Assembly (NCBI GenBank): GCA_010356995.1
Contig: ML996690.1
Location: forward strand, 962,217-1,026,216
Direction: 5' to 3'
Length of the DNA stretch: 64,000 nucleotides
Source: Trichodelitschia bisporula
Lineage: Eukaryota
Both the position numbers and the translations under genes were made by a program. How positions within the stretch are numbered: position 1 is the first letter of the stretch; each line of letters starts with the position of its first letter. This document shows positions 24,387 to 37,286 of this stretch, piece by piece. The notes beneath the pieces are model-generated. The model saw nothing but the letters and a program-made list of their open reading frames with translations, had not been told where the DNA came from and made no database searches.

Positions 24387-25921
24387 ATGCTCGCCGCCCT
24401 CCCCCGCCGGCGCAACATCGCCCTCCTCGCCCTCGCCTCATTCGCCTTCTTCATAGCCGTCCACCTACGCAGCGCCTACACCCTCGCCCGGCTCGCCCAC
24501 GACCACGCCCAAGAAGCCTTCCCTGTCGTCCACGAAGAGCTCGCTCCCGTACTTCCCTGGTCACCCGAGAAGGACGTCAGCGAAGCCGACCTCGAGCCTG
24601 ACCAAGCGCGACATTCGACCGCAGAGAGCAATGCGGACGGGTTAGAGCCCGCGAATGCGACTCTGGGAGTGCGTTCCTTCCTTCCCCCCCCCCACTTTTG
24701 TAAGACCCAGACTGACGAGACGCAGTTCTCCACCATCCTCGCCGTCTCAAAGCCCAATTCCCCACGGCAAGCCTCCCTCGCAATCGGCGCCAACCTAACC
24801 GGCATCGACATCGTAATCCCCTCCCAGCCAACCTGGACAGACGCCGACATCGCCGCCGTCCGCGCAAACAACGGCTCAACCATAAGCCGAGGGTCCGCAC
24901 TCGCCTGGCTAGGACACCTCAACGCGCTCAAGTGGTAAATTACGCTCCCTTCCCCAACCCCTCATATCCCCCTCAAACCCCCTCCTCAGGGTCCACTAAC
25001 CCCCCCCACACCAGGTTCCTCTCCACCAACCTCCCCACCGCCCTAATCCTCGAAGACGACGTGGACTGGGACATCCACCTCCGCCGCGTGCAAATCCCCC
25101 CCCTCGCCTCCGCCCTGCGCAAACTCCTCTCCAACACCGAAGACGGCAGCACGCACTACTCCCCCCTGCAAATGCGCCCCATCGACATGGCCGCCCTGCG
25201 CGCGGCCCACGCCGCCTCCTCTGCCCAACAAAACACCCTCCCCGGCCCCGGCCTCCCCCCCAAACCCCGTACCAAACCCCCGCGGAGCCCCGCCCCCCCC
25301 TCCGACCAAACATACTGGGGCCCGCCCTCCGCCTGGGAAATCCTCTACCTAGGCCACTGCGGGGACTTCTTCCCGGCGACGCAGTACACGCACAACCTGA
25401 CCCACGCCACGGTACACGACGGCACGCTCCCGCCGCACGAGAGTCTCCACCCAAACACAGCCTCTTTCCTCGCAACCCTGCACCTCCCCCCACACACCCG
25501 CCTGGTACACACAAGCCAACATCCCCTCTGCACCTTCGCCTACGGCGTAACCCGCGCGTCCGCAGCGCGCATGCTCGCGGACCTCAGCCAGGAGGAAGAA
25601 AACCGCGGGACGGTGGCGTGGGACGTGCGGCTGCTCGAGGCGTGCCGCGATCGGGCGTGGGCGTGTTGGAGCGTTACACCTGAAGTCTTTCACCATGTCG
25701 ACGAGTATGAATCCGAGATCGGGGCGGCGGATGAACGGCCCGCGCCCATCGCGGGAGAATTACGCCGCGCGCCGAATATCGGGTGCGGTGCAAGGAGCCC
25801 GGAGTTTGTGGATGCGGTGGGGCGCGGGGGAGAGAGGGTGGTGCGGTATGTGAGGGAGATGGCGGGGAAGGAGGGGGCGTGTGGGCGGGAGGAGGTCGGG
25901 AGTTGGGGGCGGGAGAGATGA
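24387..25921 (+). CDS. Glycosyltransferase family 25-like type II membrane protein
   Basis: N-terminal signal anchor, WLGHLNALKWFL, ALILEDDVDWD, WEILYLGHCGD and PLCTFAYGVT. Introns 24669-24725 and 24935-25014. Confidence 0.85.
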
Positions 25922-27636
25922 GATCTTGAGGTTGTTGGGTTGGGGTGTGGACCTAGGGCGGCATACATATGATGGTTAGCGGGTATATGGTATTTCGGGC
26001 GGAGTTCCGAGATTTAGGGCGGCGTTTTTTTTTTTGGGGGGTGGGGGGGGGACTTACGATATCCGATACATGGCGAGTATTCATGCATGATTGACGATGG
26101 GCGGGACCGTAGTGTTGCCGATGCCTGTACCCGTGTCCGTACCCGCCGGTGGAGTCGATATCACCGCTTTCACGCCCCGTCCATGATCCTAATTCAGCAA
26201 TCCCAATTCAGCAGTTCAAAATCCCACTTACCAGGCCAGAAAAGACACCTCTGGACGATGCAGTCGAACTGTACACTCAGCATACGCCACGTCCGGCACC
26301 CAGCACGGGACGCCCCGCGGGGAGCCTCACGGGCAGCCTTCCCGGCCAGCCTCACCACGCCGATCCCGAGCCGACATCAGAACACCGGATCCCAACATCC
26401 AACTCCCTGCCCCAGCCGCCTCACAAGCATAGAGTATCTGCATTCCCTGCATTCTACGACAAAAGGGTTACCTAGAAACAGAATGAAAGCTAGAAGAGAA
26501 GAAAAACCGCAAAAACCAGAACGCACAACCATACAGCTTATCCTCCTCCCATACCATACCACCCAGCCGGTCCAAAAAGCCCCCCACCTTCCGTGTTCCA
26601 TCCTTTCCGACCGTCCCACCATCCATAGTTCCATAGTGCCGCCAGCTCCCGTCCCAAAAAAATTAATAGAACACTGGTCACAAATACTCCTCCAGCCCCT
26701 CCAACCCCTTCCCCCAGACACCTCCAACCGCCCCCCCCTATCCCCCAGTCCAGTATTCCCATGTTGAAATCCCATCCCCCAGACTTCCAGCCTTCCCTTC
26801 CAATTTGTCAAACTCCTCCAGGTCCTCACCGCTGCCTTGAACCTCCCCATCCACCTACCATCATACGAAGCACATCAACACGCGCACGCACACGCAAGCA
26901 GGTACCAGCGAACGCACAGAATAAAACAGTTCGAAAGCGAAAGGAAGAACATCGAATAAAAAGAAAGCCCCACGAAACTTTTTGCGCATCTCGCCAGCCC
27001 ATTCTAATACCCACCATACAATTTTGGCGCCCCCTCGATACCCTCCCACGACATTAGCAGAGAAATGAAGACGAATCTATCCGGAAGCCTTACAGCCCCC
27101 CTCCATGCTCCGTCAAACAGTAATGCCCTTGCTAACTTACCCCAGACCGGCTCCCTTGTAAATGGTTCCGCGAGCATGGAATTGCCACAAAATCCCACCA
27201 CTACAAATCCGAACACAAGGCGAGCCGAAACCCAGGGGATCGTACTACATCCCAATCTCCTCGACCCCGAAGAATGAACGTGCGGTTGCAACTTCGAAGT
27301 GAAATGTCGAGAAACGAATCGAAGAACGCAAGAAGCCCATAACAAAACCTCCCCTTTCGCACTGCCAACTCCCCCAGCCGCCAGCCCCCGATCCCCCCGC
27401 GCCTCGCTGACCGAGAGCAAAGCAACAACAGCACACGCAATCCAGAAGCCAAACAAGCCCAGAAAGCAAACCCACCCAGCCATGCAGCCCCCACCCCTTA
27501 CAACCCGCAAATGGATTCAATGCCCGTTTTGTATCCGTTCCAGCCCCCATCCGCCCTTTAGAACAATACGTCGTAGTTGAACTTGTGTTGCCTTCTCCAC
27601 CATCCGCCTTATTAGTCACGCGTGAAAGCGATGACA

Positions 27637-29879
27637 TTATGCCGGGCTCTTGCTGGCGCCTGGACCGGCGTTGCGGCGCGAATCATCAATGGACAGGCTG
27701 CTCAGACCGGACCCGAGGAACGAGAAGGGGTCCGGCTGGCCGTCGAAACCGCCGTTGGAGTAGCCACCCTGCGACTGGGACGGGCCACCAGGAGCCGATG
27801 AAAAGGCGGCTTCCGCAGCACGACTGTCGAACCCGGTACCAGGCATACCGCCATTGGGGCCATAGCCACCACCCATCTGAGGGTAGGAGCTGGGCGCCCC
27901 AAGGCCAGAAGGCAGAGCGTACGTGCTAGGCGGGCCGCCGAACTGCTGGCCGGGGAAGCCACCAGCGGAGCCGAGCATGCCGCCGCCGAACTGACCAGGA
28001 CCAGGCGTGCCAGCCATCGAGGGTGGGCCCATACCGAAGGACTGGTTGTCCATGGGCGACTGGAATGCCGCCTCGGGGACGGCAGCATTGGCACGCGGAG
28101 CACCGCAGCGGAGACAGGCAACGTTTTTAGCAAAGTTGTGATAATTGCAGCCGTCCTGACCGCACTTCCAATCACCAGGCCGGAAGGGAGCAGATGCACC
28201 GAGCGTTCCTACGCTGCGCATGCTGTGACCCATGCCGTGGTTGTGGCCCATGTGGTGGCCGTGCGACATCATCGGGGGCGGATAGCCGTACCCAAAGCCC
28301 ATGGGATCACCCGAGGGCAGGGCGGACGAGACGGGGTAGGAGCAGCGGAAGCAGGCCGTGCGGCGCTGGAAGTTGGAAAATCCGCATGACGGGCAGGTCC
28401 AGTCTCCCGGGCGTGGTCGGTTCTTGCTGGGGGGGAAAGGGGTGAGGATATCGGTTGCCCGCTCCAGGACACGGCTCGACGAAGGAGCGACCTCAATGGC
28501 CTTTTCGTTGAGAGCGCGGCCGTTCATACAGAGCGATTCAGCAGCCTGTGGTTCGGTAACTGGTCAGTTTCGTGTGATCGGGAAAGTGACGATGAGCGAG
28601 CAAAGAAGTGTAGAGTGCGAAGGGACTGAAGTGAAGAGAGTGGAGGGAGATGCAGAAGACGATATAGGGAAGAGCGAGTCGAAGCGTTGGTATCTTTAAG
28701 GCAGGTGTAAAGGAGTGGGGGAGGGAAGCTGCAGTCAACGGGAAAGGGGGGCAAGGGCAGAAGGGAAGTGACGACAAAGACGGACAGGGATGTTGGCAAA
28801 GCAACAATTGAGACACACATACCTCCTCGTGCGACGAAAACACCGCAAACCCCGAGCCGGTCGGCTTATGTTGATCCGGCGTGCGAAGAGTCCAGAAAGC
28901 AATGGGCCGACCGCCAAACTGGGTGAACCAACTCTCGAGCTCCGATTGCGTAGTGTCATGAGGAAGACCGCTTAGGTGGAGCACCTTGGACCGTTCAGAC
29001 AAGAAGGCACGCACATCAGCTCGAGCGTCCATGGGACGAGTGAGCACGTCGGGGTGGTCATGAAACGGTTGTGACTTCCGAATCAGCCCGCGGAGCACCC
29101 TGGCCAACGTCACTGCCTCTTCCATGGCGCGCCTTGGCGACGCCGGTGCCAAGGCCTGAAGGTGAAAAGGTAGATTGTGCTTGATGGGCGCTGACGCCTG
29201 CACGGGTTCCACCTCCAAGGCGGCACAGATGTTCGACAACGCCGAAGATCCGAATGGAAGAGATTCGGGGTGGTGAGCCTGCCAGTGTTGATACTCGGTG
29301 CGCAGGTCGAAAGTACGCGAGTGCTGTAGGTACGGTGGCAGCACCACGGCCTTGTCGCGAGCCTCCCTCGGCAGCTGTACCCGCAGATCCCATGCATCCA
29401 GCGTCACAAAGGCGAATTCGAGGTTGTTGTTCAACAAATGCTCCTGGGCAAATTGGTCGAAGCGGTTCACGGCATCGCGGAAGGAGCCTGCGTTGCGGAC
29501 ATTCTCCCAGGTGAGAGTTGTCAGAGACGCTGTTGAGGGGTGTGTAGATTAGCGAGCTGTTCCCGTTTTTATCAGACAGCACCGGAGGAAGGCACTCACT
29601 GCAGAGCGGCGTGATTGGGGTGTTAATGGGCTTGACAAGTATGCTCTCTCGGTGGAGCTATATGATCGTTAACATCCACCCCACCTTTCGGACCGACGGT
29701 GTTTAATGGAATTGTACCTCTTCGCAGGTTTTGGCGTCGAGCAAAATCCAGCCGATCTCAATGACCTCGGCACTGTCCTTCGTCACATAGACGCCATGTT
29801 CGTCACACGTAGTCGCTACGTGGATGACAATATACCGATCGAGCGAGTTCGGTGCTTGCTGGATCTGAGCTGAAGACAT
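27637..29879 (-). CDS. NRP1: Nrp1/ARP-like RNA-binding protein: exonuclease-like N-domain, RRM and two RanBP2-type zinc fingers
   Basis: VATTCDEHGVYVTKDSAEVIE; RRM LSGLPHDTTQSELESWFTQFGGRP; GDWTCPSCGFSNFQRRTACFRC and GDWKCGQDGCNYHNFAKNVACLRC. Introns 29658-29717, 29530-29599 and 28546-28822. Confidence 0.88.
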
Positions 29880-32800
29880 AGTTGAAGAAGCACTTGAACA
29901 GGCCAGGAGAGATGGAGCTGCGTTGAGGTCAGTATATATTCCCCGCTCACGGCCACTAGGGCTCTAAAGGCCAGGTACCAGATGTCAAATATGTTTGGGA
30001 CAGTGTTGATGACAGGTTGGCTTCTGAATTCCGACGGATCTGAGGGCAGAAAGCTCAGCCGTGAGGTGAACGGAGACTCGACGGGCGGAGACCAGCGAAA
30101 GATAGCACAAGAAGCTGTGCAGGGTCTAATTGAAGCTGGTTGAGAAAGAATGGGGAGAGAGGTGAGCGTAAGAGAGAGGAAAAATTGGGATTTTGGTCCG
30201 CGGATGAGAACTCTCTTGGTGGACCGGACTTGGGACGAGGAAGTTTTGGGGCGTTTCCTAGCAGAAGGGAGCTGGGGGGGGGCTCAGTAGTGGTGTGGGC
30301 TTGGGCGTCGAGTTGTGGCAGTGGACCATACGGAGCGGGGGTGAGGGATTGGGATGAAGGGAAAGGGTTGGCGGCGGTAGTAGGAACATCAGGTACCTCC
30401 GCACTCCGCTCCCCGTTGTTGACTTTTTTTTAGATTGGAAGCGACAGTGAATTGGAGCATCTCGAGGGCGCGGGTAAGGGAATGGCATAGATAAAGCAGC
30501 CCACGCAGCCTTCTTTCCTCCGCATGTTCTGCTCAACTTTGCAGGTCCGCGATCGGTGATCATCGGCGTTCTGACAGCGGCGCCCCGATATGAGGCACGA
30601 CGATACAGAGGGGGATAATAGTGCTGATGCCGCTTTGTACCTCTGTACGGAGGTAGACAGGAAGAACATCTGGAACTCTTTTGCTGACTTTTGGCTTCCC
30701 CTCTTTCTCGCGTCCCAAACTCTCTTTCCCAATCCCAGATCCTGCACTATTCACCGTCAATTCACCGTTCAATTCGCCTTCCACCCACCATCCACATGAG
30801 AAACACGACAACATCTTGTACGGCCACCAGTAATGGAGGCACGTCCACCTGCAATCCGACTGCACCAAACTGCGCCATCCGGTCCCAACTGCAGCAACTA
30901 TCAAAGATGCACACCCCCTCTTTACTCAATTCCCATCCAACCTTGCCTGAACTGCTGTGACTGCTTGACTCCGTTGCCAACTGCCACTGCCACCACCATC
31001 AAGCCCTTGGCTTCCCCTTCGCCAAACGCCTCAAAAACCATAGAAAAAATAAAACACCGACACCTTAGGACAAAAAGTACTGAGGAACAGGGCTGGCCCG
31101 GGGTGAGAAGCTTGCTGAGAGGGCGTTGGCCCAAACGACTGGTGTGGCCGCGTGCATGGCCTGCATCGCTGCTTTGCTGCCCGGCTGTCCGGGGATCATC
31201 GGCTCACGATAAAATGTTTTTGGGTCTGCGAGACAGTGCGAGCGAAGTACGGGAGGCCTTTGGCGATAGGGATAGGAGGATGAGGAGAAACATCACCATG
31301 CCGCATGATAGCATCTCCCCTTCTTCTGCCAGATCTCCTTCCCATTGCATCCTTTTGTACTTCACCGTATCGCTTCTTGTGATCGTGTTCTCACACCAGC
31401 ACTCCGCCCCCCCCCTCTTCCCATCCGTTTGTCGTCTCAAGCTCCGCCCTCCGCTCCGCAGGCGGTATTCCGCTCCTCCCATTCGTCTGAACCGTTTCGC
31501 ACCTCCTCCCAGCAGGTGGTTCCGCTGCCTCACATGCAATCGCCGTCCAGCTCGCCAGCCTCAAAGCAGACAAGCCCCACGCACCAGGCACACGCCCACG
31601 GAAAAGCCAAATCCCGCCCACAGCCGTGCAGCCGGGATAGCATATCAGGGAATCGGGACATCTGTCAATGCAGTCCCAATCTCCAGTGCTTCATCGACTT
31701 CTCCCTATCCCGCAAATCAGATAGGCGTCACCACTCTCCCCCGCTTCACGCATCCACTCGCCGTTGTCGTACAATCGTCCCTCTAATCCCCAAACCCAGA
31801 ACCCGTGAACCCACAAACCCCGCTCCCAGCGCTAACCGCGCCTCTCAACCATCAGCAACGCCACACGCGCGGCCAGGACGCGCATGCAGCTGATGCGGGC
31901 GTCAGCGGACTGCAACAGCGTTGACTTCAGCGTTTTTGTCGACCGCCATCCAGGCTTCACGGCCGGCACCCGCGCCCCCTTCCCCGACCGCAGATCGCCG
32001 CCTGATTCCTGAGACAAGCCCCCGTTGCGGATTGGCCGACTGGCAGGCGCCAATGGTTGAAGATCGCCTTTTTCTTCTTCGTTCGTTTGACGTACTCAGC
32101 ATCCACGCGACCCACTTGAGTTGGGCTAGAAGGCTCGGGTGTCTGTGCGCTAAGGGGGTTTGAAGGTTCAGCGGTTCAACGGTTCAAGCTCTGACACAAA
32201 TAAGGTCGTATTAGGGACTGAATGGGTGCCATGTAGATACATAAGCTGAGTGATACGGTTTCCATGAGGAGAGGTGAATTGCAGTCCCTCAGGGCCCTGG
32301 AGATCCTTATAAGAAGCCGAGATCCTGTGGCCTTCACTTTTGTTACGCCCCGATCGGTGAGATCATATGTTCGGCCCGGGAAAGACTCGGGATGCCGAAC
32401 ATGGCAACATCGGTGCCGAGCTATTGATTGTGCAATATCGTCTCCCGCCGAGTGCATTGATTATCAAGGAGTTGGTTAACTTGGTGCTCCTTGTGAGACT
32501 TGCGGTTTTCAGGCGCTAGCTGCCCATTCTTGCCCGACAGGAGTGGTTCTAGTCACTCAGGTATGGCTTTCCGAAAGCGCGTGGCATTTCACTGATACCT
32601 GGAGAGGACCATCCACTGGAACATTCTCGACTCAAAGACTTTTACTCAACAGCCTTACCAATGCGGTGTCGGCCCCGCGTAAGGCTGAAGTTCAGAATAT
32701 CAGCCCTAGATGATGTCACCGCCCAATGCTAATCGTCAACCACTGGAAGCTGTACTTCGCAACTATTCAATAGCCTGACGAAATAGACGTCCCCTTTCTC

Positions 32801-34606
32801 CCCATGTACGTAGTAAACCATTTATAGTTATGCTTCGCTAACGCTGTCCATGTCATCACACCCCTACCTTACCGACATATCCCGGTAGGTATCCCCACGA
32901 GCGGAGACTTCGTGAGGTTCCAAAGGCGTTATTTCTCACCTTTGTTCTACGAGATATTGGCCGCGGCGCTGCGAGTGGGCACCGGTAGTCAACCACTATG
33001 ACATTACCTCGAGAGATGACTACGCTCAACAGATCGGTCGCCATGGACGCGACGCTGTGGCGAGATCACCGACCGGTCGGCTAGGAATTCGGTCCCTAAC
33101 GGGAACTCAGGCTTCCGACTGCCAGTTAGAGACTCGGCGATGTGAGCACCCGCCGCATTGAGTTCTATACATGATAAAGAACAGAAGACGTTATGTCACC
33201 TGTCGAGACTGCAAGCTACGTGTTGGGATGAGGTGGCGAGATTCGCGTCGAGGTGGTGGGTGGCACAAGAACACGTACGCGGTCCGCGTAGAGATCTAGA
33301 ATAGGCCGCTTTTGTGCGTCGCCCGTCGTTTGCTGGTGCTTCTGACATCTGACAGCACACAAAGCTGGGTCATATGGCGGAGAGGAGGAGTGCACGGACA
33401 GGCAGGCGAGTGATGCGGTCGATATTCCACGCGTTTACGTACATTTCGTGAATCTGCTCGTTTGAATCTTGTGCCTGGTATCTGCGGCGACGTGTAACGG
33501 CTCGGCTGTCGCTGGCTGTCGGCGACTTGTTGTGCGTCGGTTCTCGTCTCCCATGTCAAGTGGCACAAGGAAGCGGATGCCGGCAAGGACGGCGGACGAT
33601 CCGTCAGACGCCATTGTTTCATGAGCGCGATGGGTGTGGTGGTACTGCTACAGTACTACTTATGACTGTTGAGCGTCTGTTTACAAGTAATCTCGGCTGG
33701 TTACTCGTAGCGAGACGGTCTGGCGTACGTGCAGCAGCAATGGCAGAGAAGTTGGAGCGTTGGACGACGTTGCAGTCCACAGCCGATGTAGGCAGTCGAT
33801 GCGGCCGTGCTTAGTGTCGAACTAGTATTTTGATATACGGAGTATGCGTATAGCTAGCCTGCCCCACGTTCAGCCCTTGACGTAGGAGAGCAATCTATTT
33901 AACTGTTTGGAGGGAAGCCTCGGAGATGATGGGTGGTAACCCCGCTTAATACATCCGTAGTGAAGGAATGCGAGAAATATTGAGGCTTCTAAGGCAGCCG
34001 GGACGAAAGCGGAAAAGGTGGACATGAATCCGTTGCTAAACGGAACGCGATGTTTGACAAGAAACATCTGAAGAGAAAACCATATCCACAATTCGATTCA
34101 CTTGCCCATGATTCAGTCGTCGCGATTCACTCCGGGTCATGGCTTCATGAGAAGTGGCGAGAGCTCCACCATTCGCCGTCGTCAACTGGCACTACCTTTT
34201 CCTCAACTACCGCAACTTCTCCGCCTCTCCTTCTGTATCTTGTCTATTTCTCCCCGCTGCGAATTCGACATCGAACGGATACCTCGCATCTCGAGTTTAC
34301 TGGTGAAGCAGCGCTACGAAGCGGCGCTCGGACCGGTTCCTGGATTCCGGTCAGCCCTCTCGTCCTTGGCGACACACCAACACTCACCCCGCAGAAGTCG
34401 TGCAGCAGCCCTCAGGGGTGCGGAGAGGCAACTGCTCCAAGTGCCAAAAAGAGAGATCAACAACAGACCAACAGACCGCGTCTCCAACTCAATTCCCACG
34501 ATACCCCTCCTCCAATCCTCCCGTATAGTGGGTTTATATTAACCCACATACGCCTCTCACGCCGACCCCCTCCCCGTCTTACCCGCCTCGGCGCACTGCC
34601 ATCACA

Positions 34607-36538
34607 ATGCCCATGCGCTTCCTCTCGCATTTCCGCTCCAAGTCGCGGATGGTCGCCGATGAGAAGCGAGCGCGCGCCGACCCGCCTGTCCTGCCCGGTC
34701 GCGACTTCATCTCGCGCCTACCGCCCGCCGTGCTGGTCAATATCTTCCAGTTCGTTTGTCCGCACACCGTCGACCGCAGCTATGTCGTCAGCGAAGACGC
34801 CGAGATCGCTGACGGCTGCATGCTGTGCGATCTGACGGACCTGGCAAACTGCTGTCTCGTACGGCGAACATGGCGCGAAGTCGTGCAGGAGGTCTTGTGG
34901 GTTTTGTTCGGTCGTTATATAGGCGCGTCGCTAATCGCATGATATAGGTATAGCAGCATCCGCATCGAAACGGTCCACTACTGCCCGCGCGAGGATGAAC
35001 TCGAGCTCCAGCGCGAGAAATGGGCGCGGCATAAGAAAGCAAAGGGCCGGCCAAAGTACTACGACGCGGAAGAAGACCCGCCCGCGGCGCGCCTGCGCCT
35101 GCTCGCCGACTCGTTGCGCGAGACGCCGCGACTGGGCCGGCACGTCGAGTTCATAAAGCTACCATATATGGTGCGGGAGAACAGCAAGGCGGATCTGGCG
35201 CGGGCTGTGAGTGCATGTCCGAACCTAAAGTACGTGGATCTGCCTGCAGGCTTCTACAACGGCGACGCGAGCTGCGCGACACTGCGTCAGGAGCTGTTTG
35301 CGCGCTGCCCTGCTATCCGCCACATGAAGTACAACCCGGGCTCGGAACACTTCTTCCAGTATCTTGGCCAGCGCCAGTGGTTGATGCTGGAGTCATTGGA
35401 GCTGAAGGAGGTCAAGCTCGACCCGACGATGCTGCGCTCGGCGCTGGCAAACCTACATTACCTTGACGAGCTGTCTGTCGTTGACGTTACCAGCTTTTCC
35501 GACTCCATCTTCAACAGCGTCTCCCACGTTCCGGACTTTCCACCCCTACGCTCTCTCAAGCTCGACCGCGTGGACGTCACTTCCGCCGGGTTGTTGACCT
35601 ATGTCGAGCGGCCAGAAGTACGTCACACTTTGTCAAAGCTCTCCCTCGCCCGTACAGGTGTCTCGACGGAGGACCTCCACCGGGTAGTCTGGACGGCAGC
35701 GCAACTCAAGACACTCGCGATAACGCAAACCGTTTCGCACGCCTTGCCTCTCACCCCGATCCCGCCCCTAACATCCATCACCCTCACAACTCTGCACTTC
35801 GAAATAACCCCCACCCACGAATATGCAGAGCATTTTGGCCCCAAACCCTCCGACTCGCACTACTCCTACCTTGCCACCTCGCTCCTCGCCAACGCCCTCC
35901 CCGCCCTCCGCATCCTCTACGTCCGCAGCCCGTCCTTCGTCGAGCTGCTCACCCTCGCGCCACCAAATCCTGCTTTCGCGCAGGGCTCGCGCGGCGCACC
36001 GCGCGGCTTCGACCAGCCGCTGGAAGTGTACGTCAAGGGACTGGACGAGACGGAATGGGCCTTTACATCCTTCGCGCCAGGCGAAGAAGTCCTCGGCGGA
36101 CACGGCCTCCCGGCGGAAGAAACCGGGCGCGCTGCGAGCCTAGACTGGGTTCGGCCCGGTGCGCGCGAGAGCATCGCCAGCTTCGTGTCGCGGCCTGGGT
36201 CAATGGCGTTTCCCGGCGCCGGTCGGCCGACAAGCCATTTCTCGTTGCGAGGACTGGGTGCGGGGGCTGAGGGCGCGAGGCGCAGCGTTGTCATCGGTGA
36301 TGGGATGGGTGGGTTTTTGGCGGTGCCGTCGGAGGCGTTGGTGAGGAGTCGTAGCTCGGATGGGCTGGTTAGTCAGGGGCAGACGCGCCCTGGCAGCAGT
36401 ACGAGTATGATGGGGAATGGCGGGGGTTTCTCGCCGCCGCAGAGGACCCAGGCAAGGGCTTCGCATGGGGATATGAGGAAGAGTGGATGGCTCGCGAGAC
36501 ACTCTGGGACTGGGAGGGTGGGGGATTTGTGGCGGTAG
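34607..36538 (+). CDS. F-box protein with an LRR/RNI-like region
   Basis: SRLPPAVLVNIFQFVCPH...DLANCCLVRRTW...LYSSIRI and ACPNLKYVDLP. Intron 34897-34947. Confidence 0.85.
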
Positions 36539-37286
36539 GTGCTACTGCATGGGATGAGTTTATGTATGGGTGTTTGCGGTTTGAGGGAATCTTCGGTGGT
36601 GTTTGGCGTTTACCTGCTTGCTTGCTTGCTTGGGCGTGGGAGATTGCCTGGGTTAGGCGGTAGGATGCCGAGTTCGGGCGATATGGGTGCATCATGGTGT
36701 GGTCTGGGGTTCGTTTATGTGTTGTATGTTCGATCTAAGGGCTAGATAGATTCATGACGGTTATGGTTATCTGTGATGAACGGAAAGGTCATGGTCGGAC
36801 CGTGTGCAGTTTCGGGCCGATGGCTATGCTCAATATCCCGCAGCCCGAATCGACGACATGCTTGCGAAGGAGCAAGCTACAAACGTCCAATAACCGAACG
36901 TGAAGATGCTACACCAAGGCCTCCAAGCTCACCATCCCAGAAGAAGCGGGCCAATTGCTCCCCGGCTGAGTAATTACTTTCCACGACCGCCAGCTCCAGC
37001 CCGCTTCACAGGCTTCACTCGGCCCAATCCAGTCCCCGATCATCACCAAGTGCAGCATTCAACCCGCCCTCGTACTGCCCGCCTTGCAAATCTCATCATT
37101 CGCCGCAAAGTACGGGCAACCCACCCGCACCCAGCCGTCCCGGGCCTGCCGGCTTCTCACGCCTTGATTCGCGCGCCAGCCCTGACACCTGCATCTGCAC
37201 GATGGCACAATTACGACGTCGGGGTGACCAGTGCTAGGATATGAAAGAACGAGTGGGAGAGGGTATAACATGCTTCTCCGCACACG

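Noticed and set aside
30833..31786. 317-aa ORF, and similar ORFs at 7409-8056, 8413-9087, 26087-26767 and 34050-34835
   Set aside because: No motifs and UTR-like low-complexity composition; these are expected by chance in GC-rich DNA.
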